Virus record (IMG/VR): IMGVR_UViG_3300046002_005803
Location: 64,001-85,712 of that record
Reading direction: 5' to 3' (one strand)
Origin: a virus
Lineage: Duplodnaviria; Heunggongvirae; Uroviricota; Caudoviricetes
DNA: 21,712 nucleotides
Position 1 is the first letter of the stretch, and the number at the start of each line of letters is the position of its first letter. The notes beneath the pieces were generated by a model. The model worked only from the letters and a program-made list of their open reading frames with translations. It did not search any database and had not been told where the DNA came from. Below, one piece after another: positions 7,324 through 15,322 of this stretch. The position numbers and the translations under genes were made by a program.

Positions 7324-7853
7324 TATTTACCCGGTGGGTTATATGTTTGTTCGTATTCTACTTTAGCAATACGATAGTAGTTATCACCGTCTTTGACTAG
7401 GTAATCCCCTGGCTTTAATACCATTTGCTCACCCCATGACGCAGTAAATGTGATTGGTTGTTGACCAGTATACAATGCTACCATTCTAGGACCCTGTTCG
7501 GGCACAACAACTTCACCTAGTTTACCTTGATATAATTTAGGAAATTTTGCTGACTTAACAACATAATTTTCTCTGCTTGGGCCAGACATAATTATATCAT
7601 TTGGTTCAGCAACATTTTGTGTTTCTTTACCATCACTAGTAATAGTAACAACTGGCATTTGTTGTGTTGCTACAGTATATGTCATTGCTGGCATCTTACC
7701 TGGCATACCACCATCTACATATTTGTATTGTTTTGGTTGCTTATGTGTAGGTAAGAATTCCATACCTGCTGCTATTTGTTGTATGTCAGCAGGGCCACCT
7801 TCTTGTGCCTCATTTATCATATCAATATATTTTCTAAAAAGTGCTGTACTCAT
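7323..7853 (-). CDS. PGDYG-like protein with an internal duplication
   Basis: LKPGDYLV motif. Two homologous halves: TQNVAEPNDIIMSGPSRENYVVKSAKFPKLY and EQMVLKPGDYLVKDGDNYYRIAKVEYEQTY. The stop overlaps the next ATG (TAATG). Confidence 0.6.
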   Translation of the reverse strand: MSTALFRKYIDMINEAQEGGPADIQQIAAGMEFLPTHKQPKQYKYVDGGMPGKMPAMTYTVATQQMPVVTITSDGKETQNVAEPNDIIMSGPSRENYVVKSAKFPKLYQGKLGEVVVPEQGPRMVALYTGQQPITFTASWGEQMVLKPGDYLVKDGDNYYRIAKVEYEQTYNPPGK

Positions 7854-7863
7854 TTTATTTCCT

Positions 7864-8223
7864 TTAATAACTTAGTTTAATGTACCCAACAATACCTTGT
7901 TGGAAGTCTGCTACTTTTGCTCTCATGTAAACAAAGTTACCAGTAACATTAGTATATACATTGGCGTTTGGATTAGCACTTCCATCATACTCATATACAT
8001 CAAACCATTGATTGTCAACTGTCGCTGGATTTGCTAGTGTAGCTTGAATAACGATATTACCAATAATATTAGATACATTAAAGTTAACTGTTTGTAAATC
8101 TCTATTACCCAAGTAATACGCAGCAGCAGGTTGAGCATTCCCTACAACTGTGTAGGGTGCCCCGTTACCTGGATTTTGATAGGTAGTTTGCGGTAATAGA
8201 ATAAGTGTGGTAGATTGACTCAT
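7864..8223 (-). CDS. Conserved hypothetical beta-rich protein, probably virion-associated
   Basis: 119 aa with a beta-sandwich-like pattern (TVNFNV, IVIQATL, WFDV, GNFVYMRAKV), few charged residues, in a late operon. Confidence 0.55.
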   Translation of the reverse strand: MSQSTTLILLPQTTYQNPGNGAPYTVVGNAQPAAAYYLGNRDLQTVNFNVSNIIGNIVIQATLANPATVDNQWFDVYEYDGSANPNANVYTNVTGNFVYMRAKVADFQQGIVGYIKLSY

Positions 8224-8390
8224 TATGCTTTTACCACTTCAACTACTACGCCTCTGCCTACAAGTTCCTGGGCAACTTGCTCCAATGCTTGCTGAACGTC
8301 AGCCCCAACGATATCAGCATTATCTGATTCGCCATCCTTAACAATTTTACTAAAGGTTATTACAACCGATTCTGTTACGATTTTTGCCAT
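8223..8390 (-). CDS. Small 55-aa hypothetical protein (MAKIVTESVVITFSKIVKDGESDNADIVGADVQQALEQVAQELVGRGVVVEVVKA); absent from the ORF track
   Basis: ATG at 8390, 21 nt below a TAAATA box. It fills the gap exactly and has a TAATG overlap with the 119-aa gene. Confidence 0.8.
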   Translation of the reverse strand: MAKIVTESVVITFSKIVKDGESDNADIVGADVQQALEQVAQELVGRGVVVEVVKA

Positions 8391-8411
8391 GAAAAATACC
8401 CCATTATAGAG

Positions 8412-8419
8412 TATTTATC
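8412..8419 (-). promoter_or_regulatory. T4-like late promoter (GATAAATA)
   Basis: Intergenic, heading the 55-119-176-1021 aa operon. Same 17-bp context as 1871-1887. Confidence 0.75.
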
Positions 8420-8422
8420 ATT

Positions 8423-9148
8423 TTAGATAGGTATTATACACTTCTCTAATTTATATCGTTTTCCAAGCATGTCACCATACATTAGCATCAAATAGCTTAG
8501 TGTACTTTCATTATCGTAATCAATAGAATGACTACTATGGGTGTAATTATATCTCCACTTGAAGGGATTAAATAAGGAATACTCTTTTAACCAAGAGATT
8601 AACGATTTACTAGCAACTAAGTCTTGGTTTTTCTTAAGTGTAACAGCTAAATCGTTGATAAAGTTTTTATCCTTAATATGAGCAGATTTTAGATAAATTC
8701 TGTACTTATGCTTTGGCTCATTAACATAGTATTTTATACCTGAAAATTCCTCCACCTGTGCTTCAGTGATTTTAATATCATTACAAACTTCTTTCAATGT
8801 TAGTAACAACTCTAAATCATTACTAAAGATTGCGGCACTATCCTGCTCAATTCTACTGGTCATCTCACCCGTCTTTTTGCGAGTTTTGTGAGTATTACGC
8901 CAATCAACAAATGCACAAAGTCTTTGTAAATTTGGCATAATCTCGGATTTCCTATTGGCGTGAATACGTCTATATCCGATTGCATTCACTCTATTCACCA
9001 ATTCTTCTGGAGTTTTAATATAATAAGTAAAATTCAACCCCGGGATATTTAGTTTAGCACGATATCTATATTTGTTATAAAACTTACTATCCCGATATTC
9101 ATAATAATCAATATCGGGAATGTCTTTAATTGATCTTATCAAGCCCAT
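8423..9148 (-). CDS. Hypothetical protein (241 aa, Tyr/Lys-rich)
   Basis: Long ORF with SD AAGGA, directly downstream of clpA. No motif recognised. Confidence 0.75.
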   Translation of the reverse strand: MGLIRSIKDIPDIDYYEYRDSKFYNKYRYRAKLNIPGLNFTYYIKTPEELVNRVNAIGYRRIHANRKSEIMPNLQRLCAFVDWRNTHKTRKKTGEMTSRIEQDSAAIFSNDLELLLTLKEVCNDIKITEAQVEEFSGIKYYVNEPKHKYRIYLKSAHIKDKNFINDLAVTLKKNQDLVASKSLISWLKEYSLFNPFKWRYNYTHSSHSIDYDNESTLSYLMLMYGDMLGKRYKLEKCIIPI

Positions 9149-9156
9149 TATGTTCC

Positions 9157-11418
9157 TTAGTTAACAATAATTAATCCATTGTCATCAACCATTGCTGTTA
9201 GTTTGTGTGTTACTACAAAATCAATTGCTCCGGCTGACATTACAACATTGATTGTTGCAGATTTAATGCGCTCAAACAAGACTTTCTTACTTAGAGGTAC
9301 CCGAATCAATTCATCAATCTTACGACTTAATGGTCGTGCGCCCATTTTCTTATCATATCCTTGCTCTGCTAAGTATTCTACCACTGGCTCACTTAGATTC
9401 ATTACAATTTCATGTTTGTCTAACAAACTCTTTTTCAAGTCATCGGTAAACTTGATAACAATCTTCTTAATAGCAAGTGTATCCAACTTGTTAAACTTGC
9501 AAATCAAATCAACACGATTACGGAACTCAGGCTTGAAGAATTCTTTCAATGCTTTGTCATCTTCACCGGTCTTTTCTTGTGTGCCAAATCCAATGTTGTT
9601 GCGTTCGCTATCACTAGAACCCAAGTTACTAGTCATAATGATAATACTGTTTTTACAGTTAACTTGCTTGCCATTACTACCGGTAAGATGCCCTTCATCT
9701 AACATCTGTAGAAAGATATTAAAGATTTCTGGATGTGCTTTTTCAACCTCATCAAATAGCATAATACTATGTGGGTTCTTGCTCAAGTCATTAATCAATC
9801 TACCACCCGACACTTGACTATCACCGAATCCAACATAGCCCGGAGGAGGTCCAATCAAACTTGAAACACTATGCTTCTCTGAATACTCACTCATGTCATA
9901 CTTAAGTAGCGGCATATCCAAGTTCTTGCTAAGTAGTTTGGCAAATTCTGTTTTACCAGTTCCAGTAGGGCCTAAGAATAAGAAACTACCTGTTGGTTTA
10001 CTATCATTACCAATACCAGCAAAGTTAACATAAATTCGTTCAAGTACTTTTTGTACAGTTTCATCTTGACCATATAGTTTGTCCTTGATATTTGATTCTA
10101 AATTATGAATCAAATCAAAGTTGTCACCCTTCATCTTGTCAGCAGGGACTCCGGTGAATCGTTCAACTTGATCAAATACAAGGTCTTTGGTAATGATTGC
10201 CCCTTTGTTCTCTGCTACTCGTTGTTTAGCGCAAGCAGCATCAAGTAAATCAATAGATTTGTCTGGGTTCTTTCGGTCATGAATATACCGATCAGCACTT
10301 TCAACTGCTGCTTTGATTGCCTCATCTGTAATTTCAACATTGTGAAAATCATTAAGTCTAGCACTTAATCCATTCAATATACGAATAGTTGTGTCGTGAT
10401 TAGGTTCATCAACTGACACACGATAGAATCTACGCATCAATGCACGGTCCTTTTCAAAACTTTCGTAGTATTCTTCCCAAGTTGTGCTAGCAATAACTTT
10501 AAGAGTACCTTTAGTAATTGCGGGTTTAATCATGTTACTGAAGTCCACTGAACCAGTAGATGAACCCCCTGAACCCTGCATAGTATGTGCCTCGTCAATG
10601 AAAAGGATAGTCTTTTTCTTTGTGTTTAACGCATCCAGTACTGCTTTGACTTTTTCTTCAAAGTCCCCGCGATATTTACTTCCTGCAAGCAATGAGCCAA
10701 TCTCCAAGCTATATATTTGATGATCATGCAAGAATTCAGGTACTTCTTTGTTGATCATCATCTGTGCTAGACCTTCGGCGATTGCTGTTTTACCAACCCC
10801 AGGGTCACCTACCATCAATACATTACTCTTGAATCGTTTAGCAAGTACATTAATGATATCGTCAAGTTCTTTGCCGCGACCAATCATTGGTTCAAGTTTA
10901 CCTTGTGCCGCTAATTGTGTTAAGTTGATGGTATATTCTTCTAGAATTTCGTCGGCTTGATTCTCGGTGAGATTACCCACTTCGTTGTGCTTATAATTTT
11001 TCTGCCAATGTGCTACAAATTCATTTTTGTTGATTCCGTATTTCAACAAGAAATAATGAGCATGACTATTCCCTTCTGCCGCAATGCTAAGATACAAGTC
11101 AATAGTTGTTACTTGCCTACGACCGGTGAATAACACTTGTGTTACAGAACGATTCATAACTCGTTCTAAACTATTTGTTTTACGAGGTACTACTTCATCC
11201 TCTTTGCTTACAATGGCATGTAAACTGTCTAAGTATGCCTTAATCTCTTGATCCATTGTTTCAATATCTGCACCAAAACTATGCAAGCATTTTTTGAATG
11301 CACTGTGATTTATCAAACCAAGAAGTAAATGTTCTACGGTTACATATTGATGTTTTCTTTCTTTAGCATGATGAATCGCTTGTTCAATAATGCTATCAAT
11401 TTCGGGTGAATGGTTCAT
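9157..11418 (-). CDS. clpA: ClpA-type ATP-dependent Clp protease ATP-binding subunit
   Basis: Clp N-domain (VTVEHLLLGL) and two AAA+ modules (GDPGVGKT/FIDEAH and GPTGTGKT/FDEVEKAH). Pore loops GSKYRG and GYVG, an IGF ClpP-docking loop, and no coiled-coil M-domain. Confidence 0.92.
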   Translation of the reverse strand: MNHSPEIDSIIEQAIHHAKERKHQYVTVEHLLLGLINHSAFKKCLHSFGADIETMDQEIKAYLDSLHAIVSKEDEVVPRKTNSLERVMNRSVTQVLFTGRRQVTTIDLYLSIAAEGNSHAHYFLLKYGINKNEFVAHWQKNYKHNEVGNLTENQADEILEEYTINLTQLAAQGKLEPMIGRGKELDDIINVLAKRFKSNVLMVGDPGVGKTAIAEGLAQMMINKEVPEFLHDHQIYSLEIGSLLAGSKYRGDFEEKVKAVLDALNTKKKTILFIDEAHTMQGSGGSSTGSVDFSNMIKPAITKGTLKVIASTTWEEYYESFEKDRALMRRFYRVSVDEPNHDTTIRILNGLSARLNDFHNVEITDEAIKAAVESADRYIHDRKNPDKSIDLLDAACAKQRVAENKGAIITKDLVFDQVERFTGVPADKMKGDNFDLIHNLESNIKDKLYGQDETVQKVLERIYVNFAGIGNDSKPTGSFLFLGPTGTGKTEFAKLLSKNLDMPLLKYDMSEYSEKHSVSSLIGPPPGYVGFGDSQVSGGRLINDLSKNPHSIMLFDEVEKAHPEIFNIFLQMLDEGHLTGSNGKQVNCKNSIIIMTSNLGSSDSERNNIGFGTQEKTGEDDKALKEFFKPEFRNRVDLICKFNKLDTLAIKKIVIKFTDDLKKSLLDKHEIVMNLSEPVVEYLAEQGYDKKMGARPLSRKIDELIRVPLSKKVLFERIKSATINVVMSAGAIDFVVTHKLTAMVDDNGLIIVN

Positions 11419-12230
11419 GCTTGATTCCTTTGTTGTTTATAAGCCGTAATGCTATTGATAACTTGTTCTCCTATTATATCAGGGATGAATGCTTTTAACA
11501 ATATAATTTGGTCACCGTAGCTAGTAGCATTTAGTATAGGCATGCCTTGTCCCGCTAATTTTAATTGAATATAGGGTTGAGTTTTAGGTTTAATTGTTAC
11601 ATCCAGCGTTTTTCCTGATAGAGTAACAAATTCAAAACTTGTGCCAATAATCAAATCTAACACGGAAATTGGATGGTTGCAAATTAAATCATTACCTTGT
11701 CTATCATATTTGAGATGGGGTTCAACCCGAAAATCTACTATTAAACTAGCACCATCTATGACTTTATCTATACGCATTTGATTATCATTTTGAATCCCTT
11801 TAGGAATCTGAATGGTTATGGCATGTACATTCGTGGGTGTTTGTAGTTTTAATATTTGTTCACCGCCGTTATATGCTTGTTCTAATGATATATTTATTGT
11901 TGTTCTAAATAATTGTTGTTGAGGTTGTTGTTGTCTACGTTGTTGACTGAATATGTCAAAAGGATTATTTTGACCAAACATTTGACCAAATATATGTTCA
12001 AACCCTGGGGGTATTCCACCTTGCTGCGGAAATCCTTGTGGCATGGGATTATCATATTGCTGGCGTTTATTTGCATCACTTAATGTTTCATACGCAGCTT
12101 GTGTTTCCTGAAATTTGACTTTATCCCCTCCCTTATCGGGATGATGCTGACTAGCCAATCTTCGCCAGGCCCCTTTGATATCCTCTTGTGAGGCGGTTTT
12201 AGTAACACCTAAAATTTCATAATAATCCAT
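11415..12230 (-). CDS. dnaJ: DnaJ-class co-chaperone (class B/CbpA-like, no zinc finger)
   Basis: MDYYEILGV...HHPDKGGD J-domain, a G/F/Q-rich linker and a C-terminal substrate-binding region (RQGNDL, LAGQGMP, GDQII). No CxxCxGxG repeats. ATGA overlap with clpA. Confidence 0.92.
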   Translation of the reverse strand: MDYYEILGVTKTASQEDIKGAWRRLASQHHPDKGGDKVKFQETQAAYETLSDANKRQQYDNPMPQGFPQQGGIPPGFEHIFGQMFGQNNPFDIFSQQRRQQQPQQQLFRTTINISLEQAYNGGEQILKLQTPTNVHAITIQIPKGIQNDNQMRIDKVIDGASLIVDFRVEPHLKYDRQGNDLICNHPISVLDLIIGTSFEFVTLSGKTLDVTIKPKTQPYIQLKLAGQGMPILNATSYGDQIILLKAFIPDIIGEQVINSITAYKQQRNQA

Positions 12231-12236
12231 CTTATT

Positions 12237-12265
12237 ATTGTAGCAAAATAATCTGCTATTGTCAA
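12237..12265 (-). promoter_or_regulatory. sigma70-type promoter TTGACA-N17-TACAAT with extended -10 (TGn)
   Basis: -35 at 12260-12265 and -10 at 12237-12242, then 6 nt to the dnaJ ATG. Confidence 0.85.
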
Positions 12266-12271
12266 TAGTAG

Positions 12272-12895
12272 TTAGGCTTTATTTTCTAGTTTTTCTTTAG
12301 TTCTGCCGTATGCGGCCACACCCAATACAGCACCCATAGCGATATGGTAAAGACCAGCACCTTGCAGTGTTAGAGGTTGCCATTGCATAGTGACGCTACC
12401 TTTGCTCATTGCTTGTAATAAACTCCATAATATAGGGAATATAACAAAGTCACATGTACAAGTAAGCATATAAACAAATGCCATTAGTGGTCGCCATTTT
12501 TTATTTATGAAATCGTCGTTGGTGTTCTTAATTAAGATACTGGCATCTTGGGCAGCATTTACTCCGGCACCTGTTAATACGGGTTGATTACCCAGACTTA
12601 CATTCATGTTACTTGATCCGATTGATCCCATGTTGCTTGTTGATGCTGGCGAACCGTTGCCCACGGCTGCTGGTGCACCAAACGAACCGGGTAACCCGAA
12701 TCCTCCTGACGAAGGTGTGCTAAATGCTGAAGTACTGCTTGCTGATAAGGTTGTGTTTGGTGTTGTTGTGCCATAACTACTTTCTTGTGGAAATTGAGGT
12801 ATAGTTGGATCTGCTGCTAGTTGAGTATGCTGGTCATCACTTTTTGCTATTGGGGTATCAGTTGTTGCTTTCTTTGCTAATATTGTTGTTGCCAT
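12272..12895 (-). CDS. 3TM holin-like membrane protein (gene-transfer-agent 3TM holin family) with a long low-complexity N-terminus
   Basis: C-terminal NKKWRPLMAFVYMLTCTCDFVIFPILW...WQPLTLQGAGLYHIAMGAVLGVAAYGRTKEKL resembles that family as I recall it. The first ~120 aa are S/T/G/P-rich. Confidence 0.7.
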   Translation of the reverse strand: MATTILAKKATTDTPIAKSDDQHTQLAADPTIPQFPQESSYGTTTPNTTLSASSTSAFSTPSSGGFGLPGSFGAPAAVGNGSPASTSNMGSIGSSNMNVSLGNQPVLTGAGVNAAQDASILIKNTNDDFINKKWRPLMAFVYMLTCTCDFVIFPILWSLLQAMSKGSVTMQWQPLTLQGAGLYHIAMGAVLGVAAYGRTKEKLENKA

Positions 12896-12896
12896 T

Positions 12897-13442
12897 TTAT
12901 AAACCTGCCATTGATATAAATGCTTTTAATTCACTATCCGGTTCACCGTGTAAATTTACTGTGTCTAATCCTGCACGATGACGCATTTCATTTAATTCTT
13001 TTTCATCTTCGTTTTCTTCACGATATTCATGTGGGCTGATAGGTATCAATTCTTTCAATATTTCTGTATCTGCCGAGTAATCTTTTTCATCAATAGTCAC
13101 CTCCCATTCATCCACTGTCATTCCTGTAAGTGTTTCTAAATCATCAAGCAATTCTACAACTCGTTCCGGTATTTTTGTTCTGCGTTTCATTTCAACAAAT
13201 ACTAAATATCTACCAGGGCTTAATTCACCATCACTCAAGCTGGCATCAAGTATCCAGTCATATCCTCGCTCAAACCAATCAACTAAATCATTACCTGCTG
13301 CTTCGCTCTTGACAATAAATGCAAGTGTAACAATATCACTATCCTTGCCCATCTTGGCAGAATATTCATCAATGGATACATTTGGTTCAATTTGATGTTC
13401 CATATCCATATAATCTAAACCTTCATTAATGATTCTTGTCAT
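12897..13442 (-). CDS. Conserved hypothetical acidic protein
   Basis: 181-aa ORF tightly packed in the late operon; N-terminus MTRIINEG. Confidence 0.75.
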   Translation of the reverse strand: MTRIINEGLDYMDMEHQIEPNVSIDEYSAKMGKDSDIVTLAFIVKSEAAGNDLVDWFERGYDWILDASLSDGELSPGRYLVFVEMKRRTKIPERVVELLDDLETLTGMTVDEWEVTIDEKDYSADTEILKELIPISPHEYREENEDEKELNEMRHRAGLDTVNLHGEPDSELKAFISMAGL

Positions 13443-13450
13443 ATTACACC

Positions 13451-14062
13451 TTACATTGGAGGGGCACCAGGAGCTGCCGGAGGTGGCATGCCGCCCATTC
13501 CCATATCAACTGGTTGTTGCGGATTTTCTTCCTCGCCCTCACCATTGTCTTTATCTAAATCTTCATCGTATGAATCATCTAGTTCTTCCAGATCAATTGT
13601 TTGTCCTGCCAAGTCAATAGAACCTTCTTTAATATCGTCCAGCAAGTCTTTGGGAATCTCTATGAAAACAAACCAAACTTGTTTAGGTGCCATCTTTGGA
13701 TATCTTGTCCCTGCAACATAATCTTCGTAATCTTTGACTTCTACTGGAACTTCAATTTTGCTTTTAGCAAATTTAACTTTACATCCAATTGCTACTAATC
13801 GTCTGGCACCTTTTGGATTGGGCATTAGTTTGTATGGCCACATGAATATGCAACTAACTGTATAGCGTTTTATGTCAGGACCTTGAACTAATTCACCTAG
13901 TTCCCAGTTACGGTAGGCGTATAGGTCAGATTCGTCTAGTACTCGTTCAAAGTCCAATAAGGTATTCATTGAACCATCACTAGTAAATATACCTTTTACG
14001 GTGTCTATGATGCTGACATAATCAACACCATTAAAAAAATTGTCTGCGGCTTCGTGCTTCAT
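13451..14062 (-). CDS. Conserved hypothetical protein with an acidic and Met/Gly/Pro-rich tail
   Basis: 203-aa ORF 5 nt below a GATAAATA box. No catalytic motif recognised. Confidence 0.75.
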   Translation of the reverse strand: MKHEAADNFFNGVDYVSIIDTVKGIFTSDGSMNTLLDFERVLDESDLYAYRNWELGELVQGPDIKRYTVSCIFMWPYKLMPNPKGARRLVAIGCKVKFAKSKIEVPVEVKDYEDYVAGTRYPKMAPKQVWFVFIEIPKDLLDDIKEGSIDLAGQTIDLEELDDSYDEDLDKDNGEGEEENPQQPVDMGMGGMPPPAAPGAPPM

Positions 14063-14067
14063 TAATA

Positions 14068-14075
14068 TATTTATC
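14068..14075 (-). promoter_or_regulatory. T4-like late promoter (GATAAATA)
   Basis: In the divergent intergenic region, 5 nt above the ATG at 14062. Confidence 0.65.
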
Positions 14076-14186
14076 TTTTATTGATTAATAGCACTAATAA
14101 GAAATTACAATAGTTGAACCCTTAGCCTTATATTTAGTCTAGAAATTTGTGTTAAAAGTCTACTACATTAGTCTATTTAACCAGTT

Positions 14187-14193
14187 GTAAATA
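14187..14193 (+). promoter_or_regulatory. Candidate late promoter for phoH (GTAAATA)
   Basis: Plus-strand TAAATA 47 nt above the phoH start, in an AT-rich region where chance matches are possible. Confidence 0.4.
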
Positions 14194-14240
14194 ACTATGA
14201 GTATTATGAGAACTCACGCTCTTATAAAGGAGAATTTACA

Positions 14241-15029
14241 TTGAGCAAACGGAAAACTAGTGCTTTACGCACAACGCAAGAAGATTCACGCTATTTAACT
14301 AGCAAAAAACAAACAAATCAAACTTTTTATATGAAAGAATCCAAAACAATAGATTTCTCACAAGCACAAAGAACTACTAGGGTTAATAAAAGACCCGTGC
14401 AGTTGATCCCCAAATCGCTAAATCAAGAAAATTATATTATCGCATTACTAGATGAAAACACAGATATTGTTGTCGTCTCTGGCCCTGCCGGTACTGGAAA
14501 AACATATCTTGCAATCTTGGCAGCAGTTAAAGCACTTCGTGCCGGCGAATGTAAACGAATCGTTCTTACCAGGCCTGCGGTAGCCGTGGAGGATGAGGAT
14601 CATGGATTCTTGCCCGGTGATTTGAATGAGAAACTGGCCCCTTGGGTAAGACCAATGGTGGATATTCTGCATGAGTATTACACGGTGAAGGAGCTTGCGG
14701 AGATGATAGCTGAACAAGTCATTGAATTCTCTCCGTTGGGCTTTATGCGTGGCCGCACATTCAAGGACTCTATCATCATTCTGGATGAGGGCCAAAACAG
14801 TCGTCCAGGCCAGTTAAAAATGTTAATGACCCGGATAGGGTCAGGAAGTAAAATTATCCTGACGGGTGATACCGAGCAGACAGACCAGCGAAAAGAAAAC
14901 AATGGTCTTCTCGATTTAGTCACAAGACTTGGTCAGCACCCTGTCTCCGGTATTGTGTCATGTAAATTTGAAGTAAAAGATGTACAGCGACACCGGATAA
15001 TTGAGCAAGTACTCAAACTGTATAGTTAA
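14241..15029 (+). CDS. phoH: PhoH-family ATPase
   Basis: GPAGTGKT Walker A, RIVLTRP, GFLPG, FMRGRTF, LDEGQN, LMTRIG and GDxxQxD motifs. TTG start with SD AAGGAG. Confidence 0.95.
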   Translation: MSKRKTSALRTTQEDSRYLTSKKQTNQTFYMKESKTIDFSQAQRTTRVNKRPVQLIPKSLNQENYIIALLDENTDIVVVSGPAGTGKTYLAILAAVKALRAGECKRIVLTRPAVAVEDEDHGFLPGDLNEKLAPWVRPMVDILHEYYTVKELAEMIAEQVIEFSPLGFMRGRTFKDSIIILDEGQNSRPGQLKMLMTRIGSGSKIILTGDTEQTDQRKENNGLLDLVTRLGQHPVSGIVSCKFEVKDVQRHRIIEQVLKLYS

Positions 15030-15054
15030 AAAAGAGGGCTTAAGCCCTCTTTTT
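15029..15054. terminator. Bidirectional intrinsic terminator (perfect 26-bp palindrome AAAAAGAGGGCTTAAGCCCTCTTTTT)
   Basis: Lies between the convergent stops of phoH (15029) and the 89-aa gene (15053). Confidence 0.92.
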
Positions 15055-15322
15055 ATTTCTTCTTAACTTCGCTTTCAGTATTATTCTTTTCTAATTGATC
15101 AACTAATGCCGGGTAAATACGCTTATAGTATTCATTTAGTTTATTCCAGTCTGTATCCACAGTCTTTCCTTCAACTACGCATTTTTCAACTTTCTTCTTA
15201 CCAAAATCCATAATGACATTACATGTTTGAATGTCTGCTGGTCGCAAGCGTTTGCTAATAGACACCTGTTCGTCAATTTGGCCATTAGGTTTCCTCAAGA
15301 ATTGGATAAGTAAATATTTCAT
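15053..15322 (-). CDS. Hypothetical protein (89 aa)
   Basis: ATGA-coupled to the clamp-loader gene and ends at the terminator. Confidence 0.75.
   Translation of the reverse strand: MKYLLIQFLRKPNGQIDEQVSISKRLRPADIQTCNVIMDFGKKKVEKCVVEGKTVDTDWNKLNEYYKRIYPALVDQLEKNNTESEVKKK

Noticed and set aside
7324-7330. GTAAATA directly above the 1021-aa start
   Set aside because: It arises from GGT AAA TAA TG (Gly-Lys-stop/start overlap) and leaves no room for a transcript start; probably coincidental.
11910-11950. (TTG)n microsatellite
   Set aside because: It simply encodes the Gln-rich DnaJ linker; it is short and imperfect.
12241-12258. CIRCE/HrcA operator at dnaJ
   Set aside because: Only the TAGCA/TGCTA ends match; arm length and spacing differ from TTAGCACTC-N9-GAGTGCTAA.
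14076-14240. Structured ncRNA in the divergent intergenic region
   Set aside because: Only weak 4-5 bp stems are visible, and extra TAAATA matches (14131, 14174) are expected by chance in AT-rich DNA.
15053-15322. 89-aa gene as the T4 gp62 or RegA equivalent by position after the clamp loader
   Set aside because: It is too short and has no recognisable motif; synteny alone is insufficient.
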